A program made the position numbers and the translations under genes. Positions 1 to 10,545 of a stretch of DNA of 64,000 nt are shown one piece after another. Below the pieces are notes generated by a model. That model was not told the origin of the DNA and did not search any database. It saw nothing but the letters and a program-made list of their open reading frames with translations. Source of the DNA: an uncultured Gemmatimonadales bacterium (GTDB taxonomy: Bacteria > Gemmatimonadota > Gemmatimonadetes > Longimicrobiales > RSA9); assembly GCA_963708135.1 (NCBI GenBank), contig OY970192.1, positions 5,120,001-5,184,000 of the forward strand. The letters are read 5' to 3'. Positions within the stretch are counted from its first letter, which is position 1. Each line of letters begins with the position of its first letter.

Positions 1-129
1 GGCGCGGCTCACCGCCGCGGCCCAGCCCAGCGGCGATGATATGCGTGCGCGGTTGGTCCTCGCGGGCCCCCGGTCGAGCCGGACACGCCGGTGGTCGAAG
101 CGGTGCGGGCAGAGCGCGACGCGCGTTGA
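1..129 (+). pseudogene. 3' part of a probable VapB/FitA-like antitoxin, apparently frameshifted
   Basis: Frame 2 reads ARLTAAAQPSGDDMRARL and frame 1 continues PPVEPDTPVVEAVRAERDAR*. Its TGA (127-129) overlaps the TTG start of the PIN gene, as is typical of vapBC coupling. Confidence 0.45.
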
Positions 130-503
130 TCGTGGTCGACGCCTCTGCGGTGCTCGAGCCGCTGCTCGGGACGCGGGCGGTCAACGCGGTGGCGGCCCGG
201 CTGCTCTCGGGCGAGGCGTTGCGCGCGCCGCACCTGCTGGATGCGGAGGTCGCGCAGGTGGTGCGGCGCTACTGGCGGGCGGGCCAGCTCGGCGCCGCGC
301 GCGCCGCCGAGGCGCTGGCCGATCTCGCCGACCTCCACATCGAGCGGCATCCACACGGCGTCCTCCTGACGCGCACCTATGCCCTTGGCGACGACGTCAC
401 CGCCTACGTCGCGCTCGCCGAGGCGCTGGACGCGCCGCTGCTGACGCCAAACCGGCGCCTGGCCGGCGCGGCCGGACACGGGGCGCGGGTGGAGGTGGTG
501 TGA
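126..503 (+). CDS. vapC: VapC/PIN-domain toxin, degenerate
   Basis: LIVVDASAVL...APHLLDAEV...AYVALAEALDAPLLTPNRRL. The usual YDA motif and the final TxD acidic residue are missing or altered. Confidence 0.75.
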   Translation: MIVVDASAVLEPLLGTRAVNAVAARLLSGEALRAPHLLDAEVAQVVRRYWRAGQLGAARAAEALADLADLHIERHPHGVLLTRTYALGDDVTAYVALAEALDAPLLTPNRRLAGAAGHGARVEVV

Positions 504-1007
504 AGGGGCGGCGCGCGGCGCGCCCGAAGCCTTGGTGGGCAGGTGCCGCGGCTCACCGTCGGTGGGTCCTTTTACATTGTAGAGCATGCACGATGAACCG
601 TCGGCGGGCGGCGGCGTGGCCGCGGCGAGGTCGCCATCGATTCTCTTGCGCGGATCCGGAACCGAGACTACCCTGGGCTGTGGCGCCGGCGTTCGGAACA
701 ACCGTCCGCGCCGCGCCCCCCCGGCCGCGATTCCGCTCCGACCCCCTCCGGACGAGTCGCTGGCCGCAACCGTCGGTCGCGCCAGCAGTGGCGCGGCCGG
801 CGCGTGTCCGCCGCCTACGGTCCGAGCAAGAGTTCCGGGGGTGTAGGTCCGACGATGGACTGTCTCGAGCATTCCGGCGCGAACAGTGGTACGGCGTACG
901 GGCACCGGTTGGCGGAACGCCAGCGGGAGGCGGTCCACGATTTTCGCGCGGGAACGTCGATCGCTTGATCGCCGGGATTTGTTGACCCCTGGAGAAGGAG
1001 AGAACCA

Positions 1008-2030
1008 GTGGCCGATGCGCTGACCCACCCGGCGCGAGCTTCTGGGTTGGAGCCCAGGCGCCTGCCGATTCGCGAGGGGTCGATCCAAGGCGACGCCGAT
1101 CCGAAAGCCCGGCGTCCGGCGAAGAAGCGCCCAAGGGAGAAGTTCGCCAACGAAGCCGCGCCGCCGGTCCCACCGCGGCTCTCGGTTTACCGCGGCTCCG
1201 CGCGGCCGGGCTTTCTGAATCCCGAAACAGCGGCGCCCGGAACCGTGTTCAGTCCACATCCCCTCGTCCTGAGGCTGGAACCGGAGGGGCCGGTCCGCCG
1301 CGAGCTTGACCTGCCCCGCACGCTCGCGGTGGTGCAGCGATTCCGCGAAGCGGTTCTCAGCCAGAGTAACGGGCTGCCGGAGCGGATCCGGTCACTGTTG
1401 TCGGGCCATGAGCCTGACGGCGCACCGCTCGATCAGCCGCACCTCGCCTTCCTGCCGCTCGCGTTCGTGAGGCACTCGCACGCCGACGGCCGGTTGCTGG
1501 GCCTAGCCCTCGTCCTGCCCGCCGAGGTTACGCGCGACGAGCGCGGCTCAGCGCTGCAAGCGATCATACGCGTCCCGTACCTCGCCCTGGGGCGCCTGGG
1601 AAGCTGGAAAATTGTGCCGGAACGGCGCTCCAGCCCGCCGTGGAACCTGCGGCCGGATGCGTGGACCGCCTATCCGCAGGGTGCGACGCACTGGTCGACC
1701 GTCACGCCGATCGTCTTCGACCGACACCCGAAGGCCAAAGACCCCGCCGTGTACGAGCGCGAGATGGCGACCACGATCGCGGAGGGCTGTATGCGCACCG
1801 GGCTTCCTCAGCCGCGCGAGGTGATCGCGACGCATGTCTCCGCGCACGCCGGCGTGCCGCCCGCGTTCGCGTTTCCGAGGCTGAGACGCAAGGACGGCGG
1901 CGAGCGGCGCCACACGCACGCGATCGTGGTCTTCGACCGGCCGGTTTGCGGGCCAGTGCTGGTGGGGGCGGGGAGGTATCGGGGATATGGCGTTTGTCGC
2001 CCCATGATGGCGGAAGGTGTCCGCGAGTGA
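1008..2030 (+). CDS. csb2: Type I-G Csb2 (Cas5/Cas6-like) copy 1, C-terminal portion only
   Basis: HLAFLPLAFVRHSHADGRLLGLALVLP, WSTVTPIVFDRHPK and the Cas6 glycine loop GPVLVGAGRYRGYGVCRP. No N-terminal Cas5-like RAMP is visible upstream. The GTG start is preceded by AAGGAG. Confidence 0.8.
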   Translation: MADALTHPARASGLEPRRLPIREGSIQGDADPKARRPAKKRPREKFANEAAPPVPPRLSVYRGSARPGFLNPETAAPGTVFSPHPLVLRLEPEGPVRRELDLPRTLAVVQRFREAVLSQSNGLPERIRSLLSGHEPDGAPLDQPHLAFLPLAFVRHSHADGRLLGLALVLPAEVTRDERGSALQAIIRVPYLALGRLGSWKIVPERRSSPPWNLRPDAWTAYPQGATHWSTVTPIVFDRHPKAKDPAVYEREMATTIAEGCMRTGLPQPREVIATHVSAHAGVPPAFAFPRLRRKDGGERRHTHAIVVFDRPVCGPVLVGAGRYRGYGVCRPMMAEGVRE

Positions 2031-4928
2031 CTGCGGCATGGCTGCACGCGGCGCTTGGACTGACGGCCGAGCAGACGCCCTTCCCCTGGCAGGAAGAGCT
2101 ATTGAGGCACTTCCTGGAGGGGCAGGTTGACCGCGCCCTCGATATCCCGACGGGCCTTGGCAAGACCGCCGTAATGGCCATTCTGGCTTGTCGCACGTGC
2201 GGCTCGTGCCTCTCTTCCCCGGCGGCTCGTCTACATCGTGGACCGCCGAGCCGTTGTCGATCAGGCCACGGAGACGGCTATCGCCCTCCGAGACCTGGTC
2301 GATCGCGACGCAACATTGAAGGAGGCGCTCGGCCTTGGCGCCGATCGTCCGCTGCCGATATCGACCCTTCGGGGCCAGTATGTCGATAATCGGGAATGGC
2401 TGGAAGACCCGGCTTCTCCAGCGATCATCGTGGGGACCGTGGACATGGTGGGCTCTCGGCTGCTTTTCCAGGGCTATGGCGTTTCGCGAAAGATGCGCCC
2501 GTACCACGCGGGACTGCTAGGCGCCGATTCGCTTCTGGTGCTCGACGAGGCGCACCTCGTACCGCCATTCGAGGAACTCCTTCGATCGATTGCCGAACGC
2601 GGCGCCGAGTTCCGGCCAAAGCAGGAGAATCTGCGCGACCTGCTGCCACCTTTCAGGCTGCTCTCGCTATCAGCCACGGGGCGCAGCTTGGGTAGCCGCT
2701 CACTGACCCTGACGGACGCGGATCTTAGGCACGAGGTATTAAGCAGGCGGCTGAACGCGACGAAACATCTCCTCTGGAAGCCGCTCAATCCGGCAGCGGC
2801 AGAGGACTCCGTGCCCCTGCCGGATGCGCTGGCACGGGAAGCCTGGACACTTATCGACAAAGGCAGGCGCAGTGCACGGATACTCGTCTTTTGCAACAGC
2901 CGGACAGTAGCTGAAAAGACCAAGGTCGCAGTTCAGAAGCTGGCAAATCTCGAGTCGAAGCTGCGTGCGGAATCGGTAAACCTCGATACGGAGCTGTTCG
3001 TCGGCGGACGCAGGGTCTTCGAGCGCGAGCAGGCGAGAAAGCGCCTGGCAGATCTCGGGTTCGTCGCCGGCAGTAATCGGGCGCCGGAGCGTCCGGTCTT
3101 CCTCTTCGCCACATCGGCAGCGGAGGTCGGAGTGGACCTCGATGCCGATCATATGGTCTGCGACCTCGTCCCATGGGAGCGCATGGTTCAGCGCCTCGGT
3201 CGAGTGAACCGCCGGGGCTACGCCGAGGCAACAGTCGTGGTGGTCTTGGAGCCCGAGCCTCAACCGAAGAAGAAGGAGCAGGAGGCGATCCGAAAGGAGA
3301 TAGACGGTGAGGATCTCGACGAGAAGGAGCAGAAGCTGCTAGGTGCCTTCGACGCCCGCGTCCGCGACTGGAAGAGCTATCAAGCGCCATTCGAGCACCT
3401 GCCGAGGCTGGCCGGTGCAATCGATGTGAGCCCCCGTGCGCTGCGCCATTTGAAGCACCATGCTGAAGGCGACCCAGAACTCCAGACGTTGCTCGACCAC
3501 GCGACCACGCGGGCGCCGCTCCGCCCAGCCCTCACTCGCGCCCTGGTCAACGCCTGGTCCATGACCTCGCTCAAGGAGCACACCGGGCGGCCGGCCATCG
3601 ATCCGTGGATACGCGGGTGGATCGAGAACGATCCACCCCAGACCGCGATGGTTTGGCGAACATACCTCCCAGTGCGTTCCGGCCCCCACGAGCCCACAAA
3701 CGGCGAGGTCGAGGGCTTCTTTGAGGGCGCGCCGCCCCATACCAGCGAAATCCTCGAGACCGAGACGTCGCGCGTGCTTCAGTGGCTGGAGGAGCGCGCG
3801 AAACTTATCCGAAAGGCGGCGGACAAAGGGCAGAACACCACCGAGCACCCGCTTCCGCCCGCGCCGGATGAGGTGGTGGCGTTCGTTCTCTCTCGCGCGG
3901 GCGACCTGCGCGACAAACTGCGGCTTGAGAATCTCGCGGCCAGTGACGGTGCCGAGTCCCGAAAGGAACGTCGGCAGAACCTTCGCGAGGCCTTGGCTGG
4001 TGGAACGCTCGTGGTCGATGCGCGGCTCGGCGGGCTGAGCGAAGGCTTGCTCAATGATAAGGAAGCGTCTCCCCCCCGCACCGCTGACGACGGGCAGCCA
4101 TGGATTGCCGAGCACGTTACTGGATTCCGCATCCGGCGCGTGGACCCGGACCAAGCTGGTGCACCGGATGACGGCTGGCGCGAGCGTCTGCGGTTTGCGA
4201 CGGAGGTTTCCGAAGAGGGAGAGCCGAGACGCTGGCTCGTCATCGAGAAATGGCGTCACGATGCCAGAACCGAAGACGACCGATCATCGTCTCACCCTCA
4301 ACTACTCGATGACCACCATTCGTATGCCGAGCAGCGGGCGAAGGAACTCTCTCTACGCCTCGGGCTCCAAGCTGAATACGCTGAGATGCTGACTACGGCC
4401 GCGCGGATTCACGACGAAGGCAAGCGTGCTAACCGGTGGCAGCGTGCCTTCAACGCCCCGACGAATGGCCCCTACGCGAAGACGAAAGGACCGATCGACC
4501 AAGCGCTGCTCGATGGCTATCGGCACGAGCTGGGTTCTCTTCCCCACGCTGAGCAGGAGGATAGGCTCCGGAGCCTTCGCGAACAACTCCGGGATCTCGC
4601 GCTCCATCTCATCGCGGCCCACCATGGCTTTGGACGCCCTGCAATAGGCATTAGCGGGTGCGAAGACGCTCCTCCCTCCATCATCGAGGGGCGCGCGCAA
4701 GAAGTTGCGCTGCGGTTTGCGCGGCTTCAGCGGCGGTGGGGACCGTGGGGTCTCGCATGGTGGGAGGCGCTCCTTCGTGCTGCCGACCAGCAGGCATCGC
4801 GAGATAACGACGCAGCCCAGCCGCCCGGCATCCAGACATCCGCCGCGGCTCAAGTCATGTCAACGCCTGCGGCTGAAGGCCCCGAGACGCAACTTGCCAT
4901 CGCCGCTCCTGCTCGAACCCGCGGGTAG
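2027..4928 (+). pseudogene. cas3: Type I-G Cas3 (N-terminal helicase, C-terminal HD nuclease) with a +1 frameshift near 2181
   Basis: PFPWQ...DIPTGLGKTAVMAI lies in one frame, and WLVARAA...PRRLVYIVDRRAVVDQA, DEAH, SAT, QRLGRVNRRG, IHDEGK, HELGS and AHHG lie in the next. One extra T in ATTCTGG explains the shift. Confidence 0.9.
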
Positions 4929-5347
4929 AATCGTGAGGGACGCATACATTCCGGTCGATCTGTCCAATCCGGGAGAAGTATTGGCGTGCTTGGGTTTTCT
5001 TGAGGCGGCGGAAATACTGCTCGGTGGCGCCGAAGGCGGATTTGACTGGAGCGACGAGCCCGAGGTCCGGTTTTCGCTTCGCGCCATGGGCGATCAGAAC
5101 CCATTTGCTGTCGTGCTCGGATATCTTGCTGATGCCGAGATCCGCAGCTACGCCCCCGACACGTCGGATACGTTTCCGAGCCCCACAACTGAGAGAATGG
5201 CGCACCCGATCCGCCTTTACGGCTCGGTGAACGAGAAACAGCAGTGCATTGATCTCGACCACTGGGCGGATGGGTCCAGCCGGAACGCCTTCAGGCTCTA
5301 CTCCGGCAACCGTTCGGCCGCTGACATCGCACGTGCCATGCTCCTAG

Positions 5348-6516
5348 TGTAGTGTCTGCCAATTGAGTTGATTTAACAAGACTCCGAGCGTACTGCGGTG
5401 AGCGCCTCGCGTGCACGCTGGATCTTGCGCAAGATGTCCTCGCCTTTGGCTCGCCACCGGTACGGCTTGGGATGGAGCTTTCGTTCGGCCAAGTAGCTCT
5501 CAATGTCACTCACCAGCTCGCGTACGCTGGAGAAGCTGCCCTCCCGAATCACGTCCTGCGTCAGCTCTCCGAAGAAGCGCTCGACGAGATTCAACCAGGA
5601 CGAGCTGGTCGGCGTGAAGTGAAGGTGGAAGCGCGGATGCTTCGCAAGCCACTGGGTTACGCTCTCTTGCTTGTGCGTGCAGTAATTGTCCACGACGAGG
5701 TGTAGATCGAGATCCTTGGGCGTCTCCCGATCGATCTGCTTGAGGAAGCGAAGCCACTCGACGTGCGTGTGACGCTCTTCCGTGCGCGCGATCAATTTGC
5801 CGTCGAGGTAGTTCAGTGCAGCAAACAGCGTGATGGTGCCGTGGCGGGTGTAGTCGTGGGTCTTGGTGCGAATCTCCCCGACGCCGAGGGGTAAGCCCGG
5901 TTGGGTGCGCTCCAAGGCCTGGCACTGGCTCTTCTCGTCACAACACAGGACCAGCGCCCTCTCGGGCGGATCGAGATACAGCCCGATCACGTCCCAGAAC
6001 TTCTCCTCGAAGCGCGGATCGTTCGACAGCTTGAACGTCTGCGTCAGGTGCGGCTTGATCTCGTTTGCCCGCCAGATCCGGTGCACGCTGTCCGGCGAGA
6101 TCCCGACCTCACGGGCCATTGTGCGCACACTCCAACGCGTGCACGGCTTGGGCGGCCGAGTCGCCCGCGTGATGACCTGCTCCACCTTGTGCGCCGGGAT
6201 CGAGGGGCGCCGGCCCCGTCCTTTTCGATCCTTCAGGCCGTCCAGGCCTTCGCGCTCGAAGCGTTGGGACCACTTGTTGACGCACGCGGCGCTCACGCCC
6301 AGCTCCCGCGCCACCTGCACCTGGCCGAGACCGCGCCCGCGCCGCAGCACGATGGCGGCACGAAGGCTGTCGCGCTTGGACACGCTGGGCGCCTTCACAC
6401 GCCGCTCAAGCTCTTGCCGTTCGGCGTCGGTGGTCTCGATCTTGGACACAGGTCGCGCCATGGCGCAAGGATACGCCCGGCGCCTCCTTGTGTCAAGCTA
6501 TTTGTCGGACGCTACA
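5348..6516 (-). mobile_element. IS630-family insertion sequence
   Basis: CTAG on both sides (5344-5347, 6517-6520). Imperfect terminal IRs TGTAGTGTCTGCCAATTGAGTTGA / TGTAGCGTCCGACAAATAGCTTGA. Confidence 0.92.
5373..6461 (-). CDS. IS630-family transposase
   Basis: N-terminal HTH, then DEKSQCQAL, THDYTRHGT, VVDNYCTHK and FTPTSSSWLNLVERFF. Confidence 0.95.
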   Translation of the reverse strand: MARPVSKIETTDAERQELERRVKAPSVSKRDSLRAAIVLRRGRGLGQVQVARELGVSAACVNKWSQRFEREGLDGLKDRKGRGRRPSIPAHKVEQVITRATRPPKPCTRWSVRTMAREVGISPDSVHRIWRANEIKPHLTQTFKLSNDPRFEEKFWDVIGLYLDPPERALVLCCDEKSQCQALERTQPGLPLGVGEIRTKTHDYTRHGTITLFAALNYLDGKLIARTEERHTHVEWLRFLKQIDRETPKDLDLHLVVDNYCTHKQESVTQWLAKHPRFHLHFTPTSSSWLNLVERFFGELTQDVIREGSFSSVRELVSDIESYLAERKLHPKPYRWRAKGEDILRKIQRAREALTAVRSESC

Positions 6517-6967
6517 CTAGGGACGCGCGAGAAGCCGAAGAAGAACCAGGCGCTGGGAGACGTGAAGACGCGTGGCTTGCGCGCGCTGTGGAAGGAACAA
6601 TGCGCCGAGCTCGTGGCGCAACCGTTCGACGTGCTTACGCCGGTGGCTGGGACGTTCAACTTTGACGCCCGCGGCGCATGGACCGGCATTGACGCGGGGT
6701 ACTCGCCGAACGATCAGAAACACGGCGTCGCCACCTCGCCGACGGTCGAAATACTTGCCGCTATCGGCCTCGAGAACGCCCGCCCGGATGAGTTCAAGCC
6801 GCGCGAGGTGCGGTACGGAGTATGGGGTGTGCTCCTCCCGCCCGCCCTTGCCCGGCCCGCGCTTGGCGGAGCAAGCCTGCCCATCCCCATCCGACGATTC
6901 CGCTTCACACTCGATCGGCCGAGCCAGTACAGCAAGGTGGTCACATTCGCACAGGAGGACTGAACCG

Positions 6968-6998
6968 ATGACTGCTGAAGTCACGAACGCTACACTAG
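6968..6998 (+). pseudogene. 10-codon start stub, probably the beginning of cas7 (csb1)
   Basis: AGGAGG RBS, then ATG MTAEVTNATL directly after the cas8g stop, cut by IS1182. This is the position expected for cas7, which is otherwise absent from the window. Confidence 0.45.
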
Positions 6999-8632
6999 GA
7001 GCGTGTCCGAGTAAGCACGCGCGCGCGTGTGCGCACGCGGGGATGTACACGCCGCCTTCGGTGATGTAGTTTGGCGGCAGCCCTTTTCGAGGAGTCTGCC
7101 GCGTGGCGAAAACGTTTCGTCCGTACGATCCGGATCAGCTTCTGGTGCTGCCACCCTCGCTTCGGGAGTGGCTGCCGCCCGAGCACCTGGTCTACTTCGT
7201 GAGCGACCTGGTGGACACCCTGGATCTCTCGCGGATCTACGACAGCTACGACGAGGAGCGGGGCTATCCGCCCTACCACCCGCTGCTGATGACGAAGCTC
7301 ATCCTCTATGGGCAGGTGGTGGGCGTGCGCAGCTCGCGGAAGATGCAGCGGGCGTGCCTGGAAGACGTGGCGTTCCGGGTCGTGTGCGCCGGGGCGAGCC
7401 CGGACTTCCGTACGGTCGCGGATTTCCGCAAGCGGCACCTCAAGGCGCTGGCGGACCTGTTCACGCAGGTGCTCCAGCTGTGCAAAGCGGCGGGGCTGGT
7501 CAAGCTGGGGCACGTGGCGATCGACGGCACGAAGGTCAAGGGGAACGCGAGCAAGCACAAGGCGATGAGCTACTCGCGCATGGTGGAGGAGGAGAAGCGG
7601 CTGAGGGCTGAGGTGAACCGTCTGTTGGCGCAAGCCGCGGCGGAGGACGCGGAAGAGGACCGGCGCTACGGCAAGGACTCGGCCGGCGAGGAGCTTCCGG
7701 AAGAGCTGCGGCGCCGTGAGAGCCGGCTGAAGAAGATCCAGGAAGCGAAGGCGGCGCTGGAAGCCCAGGTCCGGGGCCAGGCCAAGGCGGCGGGCATGGA
7801 GAAGCCCGAGGAGGCGAAGCCGGAGGGCAAGGCGCAGCGCAACTTCACCGATCCGGAGAGCCGGATTATGCTGAACAGCGAGAAGACCTTCGTGCAGGGC
7901 TATAACGCCCAACTCGCCGTGGACGCCGAGCACCAGATCGTCGTGGCCGAGGACGTGGTGCAGCAGAGCAACGATAAGAACTTGCTGGTGCCGATGGTGG
8001 AAGCCGTTTGTGATACTGTAGGCGAGACGCCGGAGGCGGTGAGCGCGGACGCGGGCTACTGGACGGAGGCGGACATCGAGCGGCTCGAGTGGTACGAGAT
8101 CGACGTCTACGTGGCGCCGGAGAAGGTGCGTCACCGCGAGTGGCGTGAGGGGCCGCGGAGCGAGGGGCCGCCGCCGGCGGACGCGAGCACGAAGGAGCGC
8201 ATGCGGCACAAGCTGCGGACCGCCGAAGGCCGCGCGCAGTACGACCGCCGCAAGGTCACCGTCGAGCCGGTGTGCGGGCAGATGAAGGATGTGATCGGAC
8301 TGAGGCACTTCCTCCTGCGCGGTCACGAGAACGTGCGCGGTGAATGGCGCCTCGGCTGCACCGCACACAACCTGCTCAAGCTCTTCCGGGCGTGCCGTGC
8401 GGGGGTGACCTCCATCGACGAGGTGCTCGCCGCGGCGAAAGCGGGGCTCCATGTGGTAGTGGCCCCCGCCTGAGCGCCCCGATCGGGCGTAATGCGCCCG
8501 GTACAGAGCCGGAGAGGCGCCGAACACGGGGCGTGGGACCCGGGCGCACATCGATTGGGGCCGTCCCGGTCCCCGCCTACCCCGGCCGCGACCGGCCCAG
8601 CGATGGTTCGCGGCCATTACGGAGACGGGCTC
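6999..8632 (+). mobile_element. IS1182-family insertion sequence
   Basis: CTAG on both sides (6995-6998, 8633-8636). Imperfect IRs GAGCGTGTCCGAGTAA / GAGCCCGTCTCCGTAA. Confidence 0.88.
7103..8473 (+). CDS. IS1182-family transposase
   Basis: LPPSLREWLPPEHLV, GYPPYHP, SPDFRTVADFRKRH, IDGTKVKGNASKHKAMSY, NFTDPESRIM and ADAGY. Confidence 0.95.
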   Translation: MAKTFRPYDPDQLLVLPPSLREWLPPEHLVYFVSDLVDTLDLSRIYDSYDEERGYPPYHPLLMTKLILYGQVVGVRSSRKMQRACLEDVAFRVVCAGASPDFRTVADFRKRHLKALADLFTQVLQLCKAAGLVKLGHVAIDGTKVKGNASKHKAMSYSRMVEEEKRLRAEVNRLLAQAAAEDAEEDRRYGKDSAGEELPEELRRRESRLKKIQEAKAALEAQVRGQAKAAGMEKPEEAKPEGKAQRNFTDPESRIMLNSEKTFVQGYNAQLAVDAEHQIVVAEDVVQQSNDKNLLVPMVEAVCDTVGETPEAVSADAGYWTEADIERLEWYEIDVYVAPEKVRHREWREGPRSEGPPPADASTKERMRHKLRTAEGRAQYDRRKVTVEPVCGQMKDVIGLRHFLLRGHENVRGEWRLGCTAHNLLKLFRACRAGVTSIDEVLAAAKAGLHVVVAPA

Positions 8633-9706
8633 CTAGACGGCTACCAGGGCCGTGTCTACCGCCCATCCCCAGGGGTTCGCCGCAACGGCGGAAACACCCT
8701 TCTATGCCCTCATCCGGGATCACTGGAGTCCGTCCGCGCCCGGTACGAGAGATACCGCCGTCGGTTCGTAATCGAGAGTAAGGACAAGGCGGTGAAGGTC
8801 ACGTTTCAGCGCCCACCGCGGCCGAGCTTGCGGCCGGTTCTCTACGGCAGTCCGCCATCGCGTTATGTCTATGAATTGCGTACTTCGAGCGCTGAGGCAG
8901 CCTTCGCGCCGTGGCCTTTATCTGCAGCGTCCCGGCTGATTGTCTGTCTTCGCGATGCAGCCGTCGAACGCCTCACGGCAGCGCTACCAACCAGACGCCG
9001 CGATATCGAACGCGTACTAGTGGGCCGCAGGCCTGACGGCGCGAACGCCGGTCCGACAGAGGAGCGAGTGAGAATCGTTCCCCTACCATCCATCGGGCAT
9101 CCCCACGCTGATCGGGAGGTCCGGCGTGTAATCGTGGAAGTGCCGCCAGCATGTCCGCTCGGAACGGACGACGTGAGGTGGGCGTTCTCGGGCCTTGAAC
9201 CGGTTGATATGGGCACGGGCGAGGTACACGCCGTGATCCTGACGCCGACGACCGACGAGAGCATGCTCATGCACTATGGTATCGGCGGCAAGGTCGACCC
9301 TGCACTCGCGTGGCGCACCGTGACTCCGGCGGCGCTTCCGTGGCTGCCAGTGGCCGGACGCGCGCACACCCGGCACGCGCCCTCTGGCGGCATAGAGCGC
9401 CGCGAACAACTAGAAAGTGCAGCCGGTGCCGTGATTCAGGCGCTTCGGCACGTTGACGTTCGTGCGCGCGTCAATAGAATCCGGGTCCAGCGTGAACCAT
9501 TCGAGGGCAATGGTGAACGCGCCGGGGCGTTCGCTCCTGGCACGCGTTTCCCGAGGGAGCGCCTCTGGCACGTTCAGATCACCTTCGATGATCCCGTGTC
9601 TGGGCCGTTGATCATCGGAAATGGCCGATTCCTTGGGCTCGGCGTGATGAGGTCATTAGCGTCGGATCGGTCGACACTCTGCGGGTCGCAGGATGGGATC
9701 TGGTGA
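8633..9706 (+). pseudogene. csb2: Type I-G Csb2 copy 2, C-terminal portion only
   Basis: RVRIVPLPSIGHPHADREVRRVIVEVP, WRTVTPAALP, VQREPF and GPLIIGNGRFLGLGVM. It starts abruptly at the IS1182 right end. Confidence 0.8.
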
Positions 9707-9940
9707 AGGCGCGAGATTCACCCATTTGCGTGGCTCGGTCGGGTGCACGCCTGGTTGCAGATGTCGCTAGGGCGAACGGAGAACTTGGCGGGACGAGATG
9801 ACGGGATCTGGTAGTTCGACGGGTTTTACCCGTCCGTCCCAGACGTCACCCGGATCGCTTGACAGCGTAGCCCCGTGCCACGCACTCGTCGAACGGCACA
9901 TATACATTTGAGGCTGATCCGGGATGTCCTCGCAAACAGC

Positions 9941-10264
9941 ATGATCGACGCCGAGTGCCGCATAATACACGAGATCGTGCAACGGCTCACCCGCGTCAGC
10001 CGCCCGGGCCGCACCATCCTGTTCGGCTCGGCCGCCATGGGGGGGATGACGGCGGACAGCGACATCGACGTGCTGATCGTGGAGCCGGAGATCGAGGAAG
10101 CGCGATCGGAGAGCCGGCGGCTCCGCGAGGCACTGGCGGGCCTCGGTAGCGCGCTCGACGTAATCGTGATGAGCACGGAGCGGTTCGAGGAGACGAAGGG
10201 CCTGATCGGAGGAATCGCGTATCCCGCGAACAAGTACGGGAAGTTCATCTATGAAGCCACCTGA
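9941..10264 (+). CDS. Minimal nucleotidyltransferase (MNT, antitoxin-type)
   Basis: ILFGSAAMG...DSDIDVLIV motif in a ~107-aa protein. Confidence 0.85.
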   Translation: MIDAECRIIHEIVQRLTRVSRPGRTILFGSAAMGGMTADSDIDVLIVEPEIEEARSESRRLREALAGLGSALDVIVMSTERFEETKGLIGGIAYPANKYGKFIYEAT

Positions 10265-10290
10265 GGCTGTCAGGCGCGAGTTCGTCCCGG
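10251..10290 (+). pseudogene. Probable truncated start of the HEPN partner gene
   Basis: MKPPEAVRREFV overlaps the MNT stop, like HEPN N-termini in MNT-HEPN pairs. Recognisable similarity ends after about 12 codons. Confidence 0.45.
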
Positions 10291-10545
10291 ATTGCATCGA
10301 CAACGGAAGCGACGTGGACGGTGGATCCCTCTCTGGGGCTCCGGTTCGTGGATCTCGCCGAGCGAATCGAGGCCTTGCTCGGTGTCCGGACCGAGGTCGT
10401 CTCACGCCGGGCGATCCGAGCCGGTCATTGGCCCGAGATCGAGAAGGATGTGATTGACGTCGCGTAGGCCGACGCGCCAGCGACTCACCACCCCCGCCGC
10501 CCGATCCTGCGGTCCTCCCCGGGCCCCCCAGACCCGGAGCACATC

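Larger units (their letters stand above)
4933..6963 (+). pseudogene. cas8g: Type I-G large subunit Cas8g/Csb3 interrupted by IS630
   Basis: VRDAYIPVDLSNPGEVLACLGFLEAAE...ARAMLL (4933-5347) rejoins in frame with GTREKPKK...FNFDARGAWTGIDAGYSPN...VEILAAIGLE (6521-6963) once the IS and one CTAG are removed. Confidence 0.8.

Noticed and set aside
6509..6999. 13-bp identity ACGCTACACTAGG at the IS630 end and the IS1182 left flank
   Set aside because: It is short and partly explained by the shared CTAG target, and no mechanism is supported.
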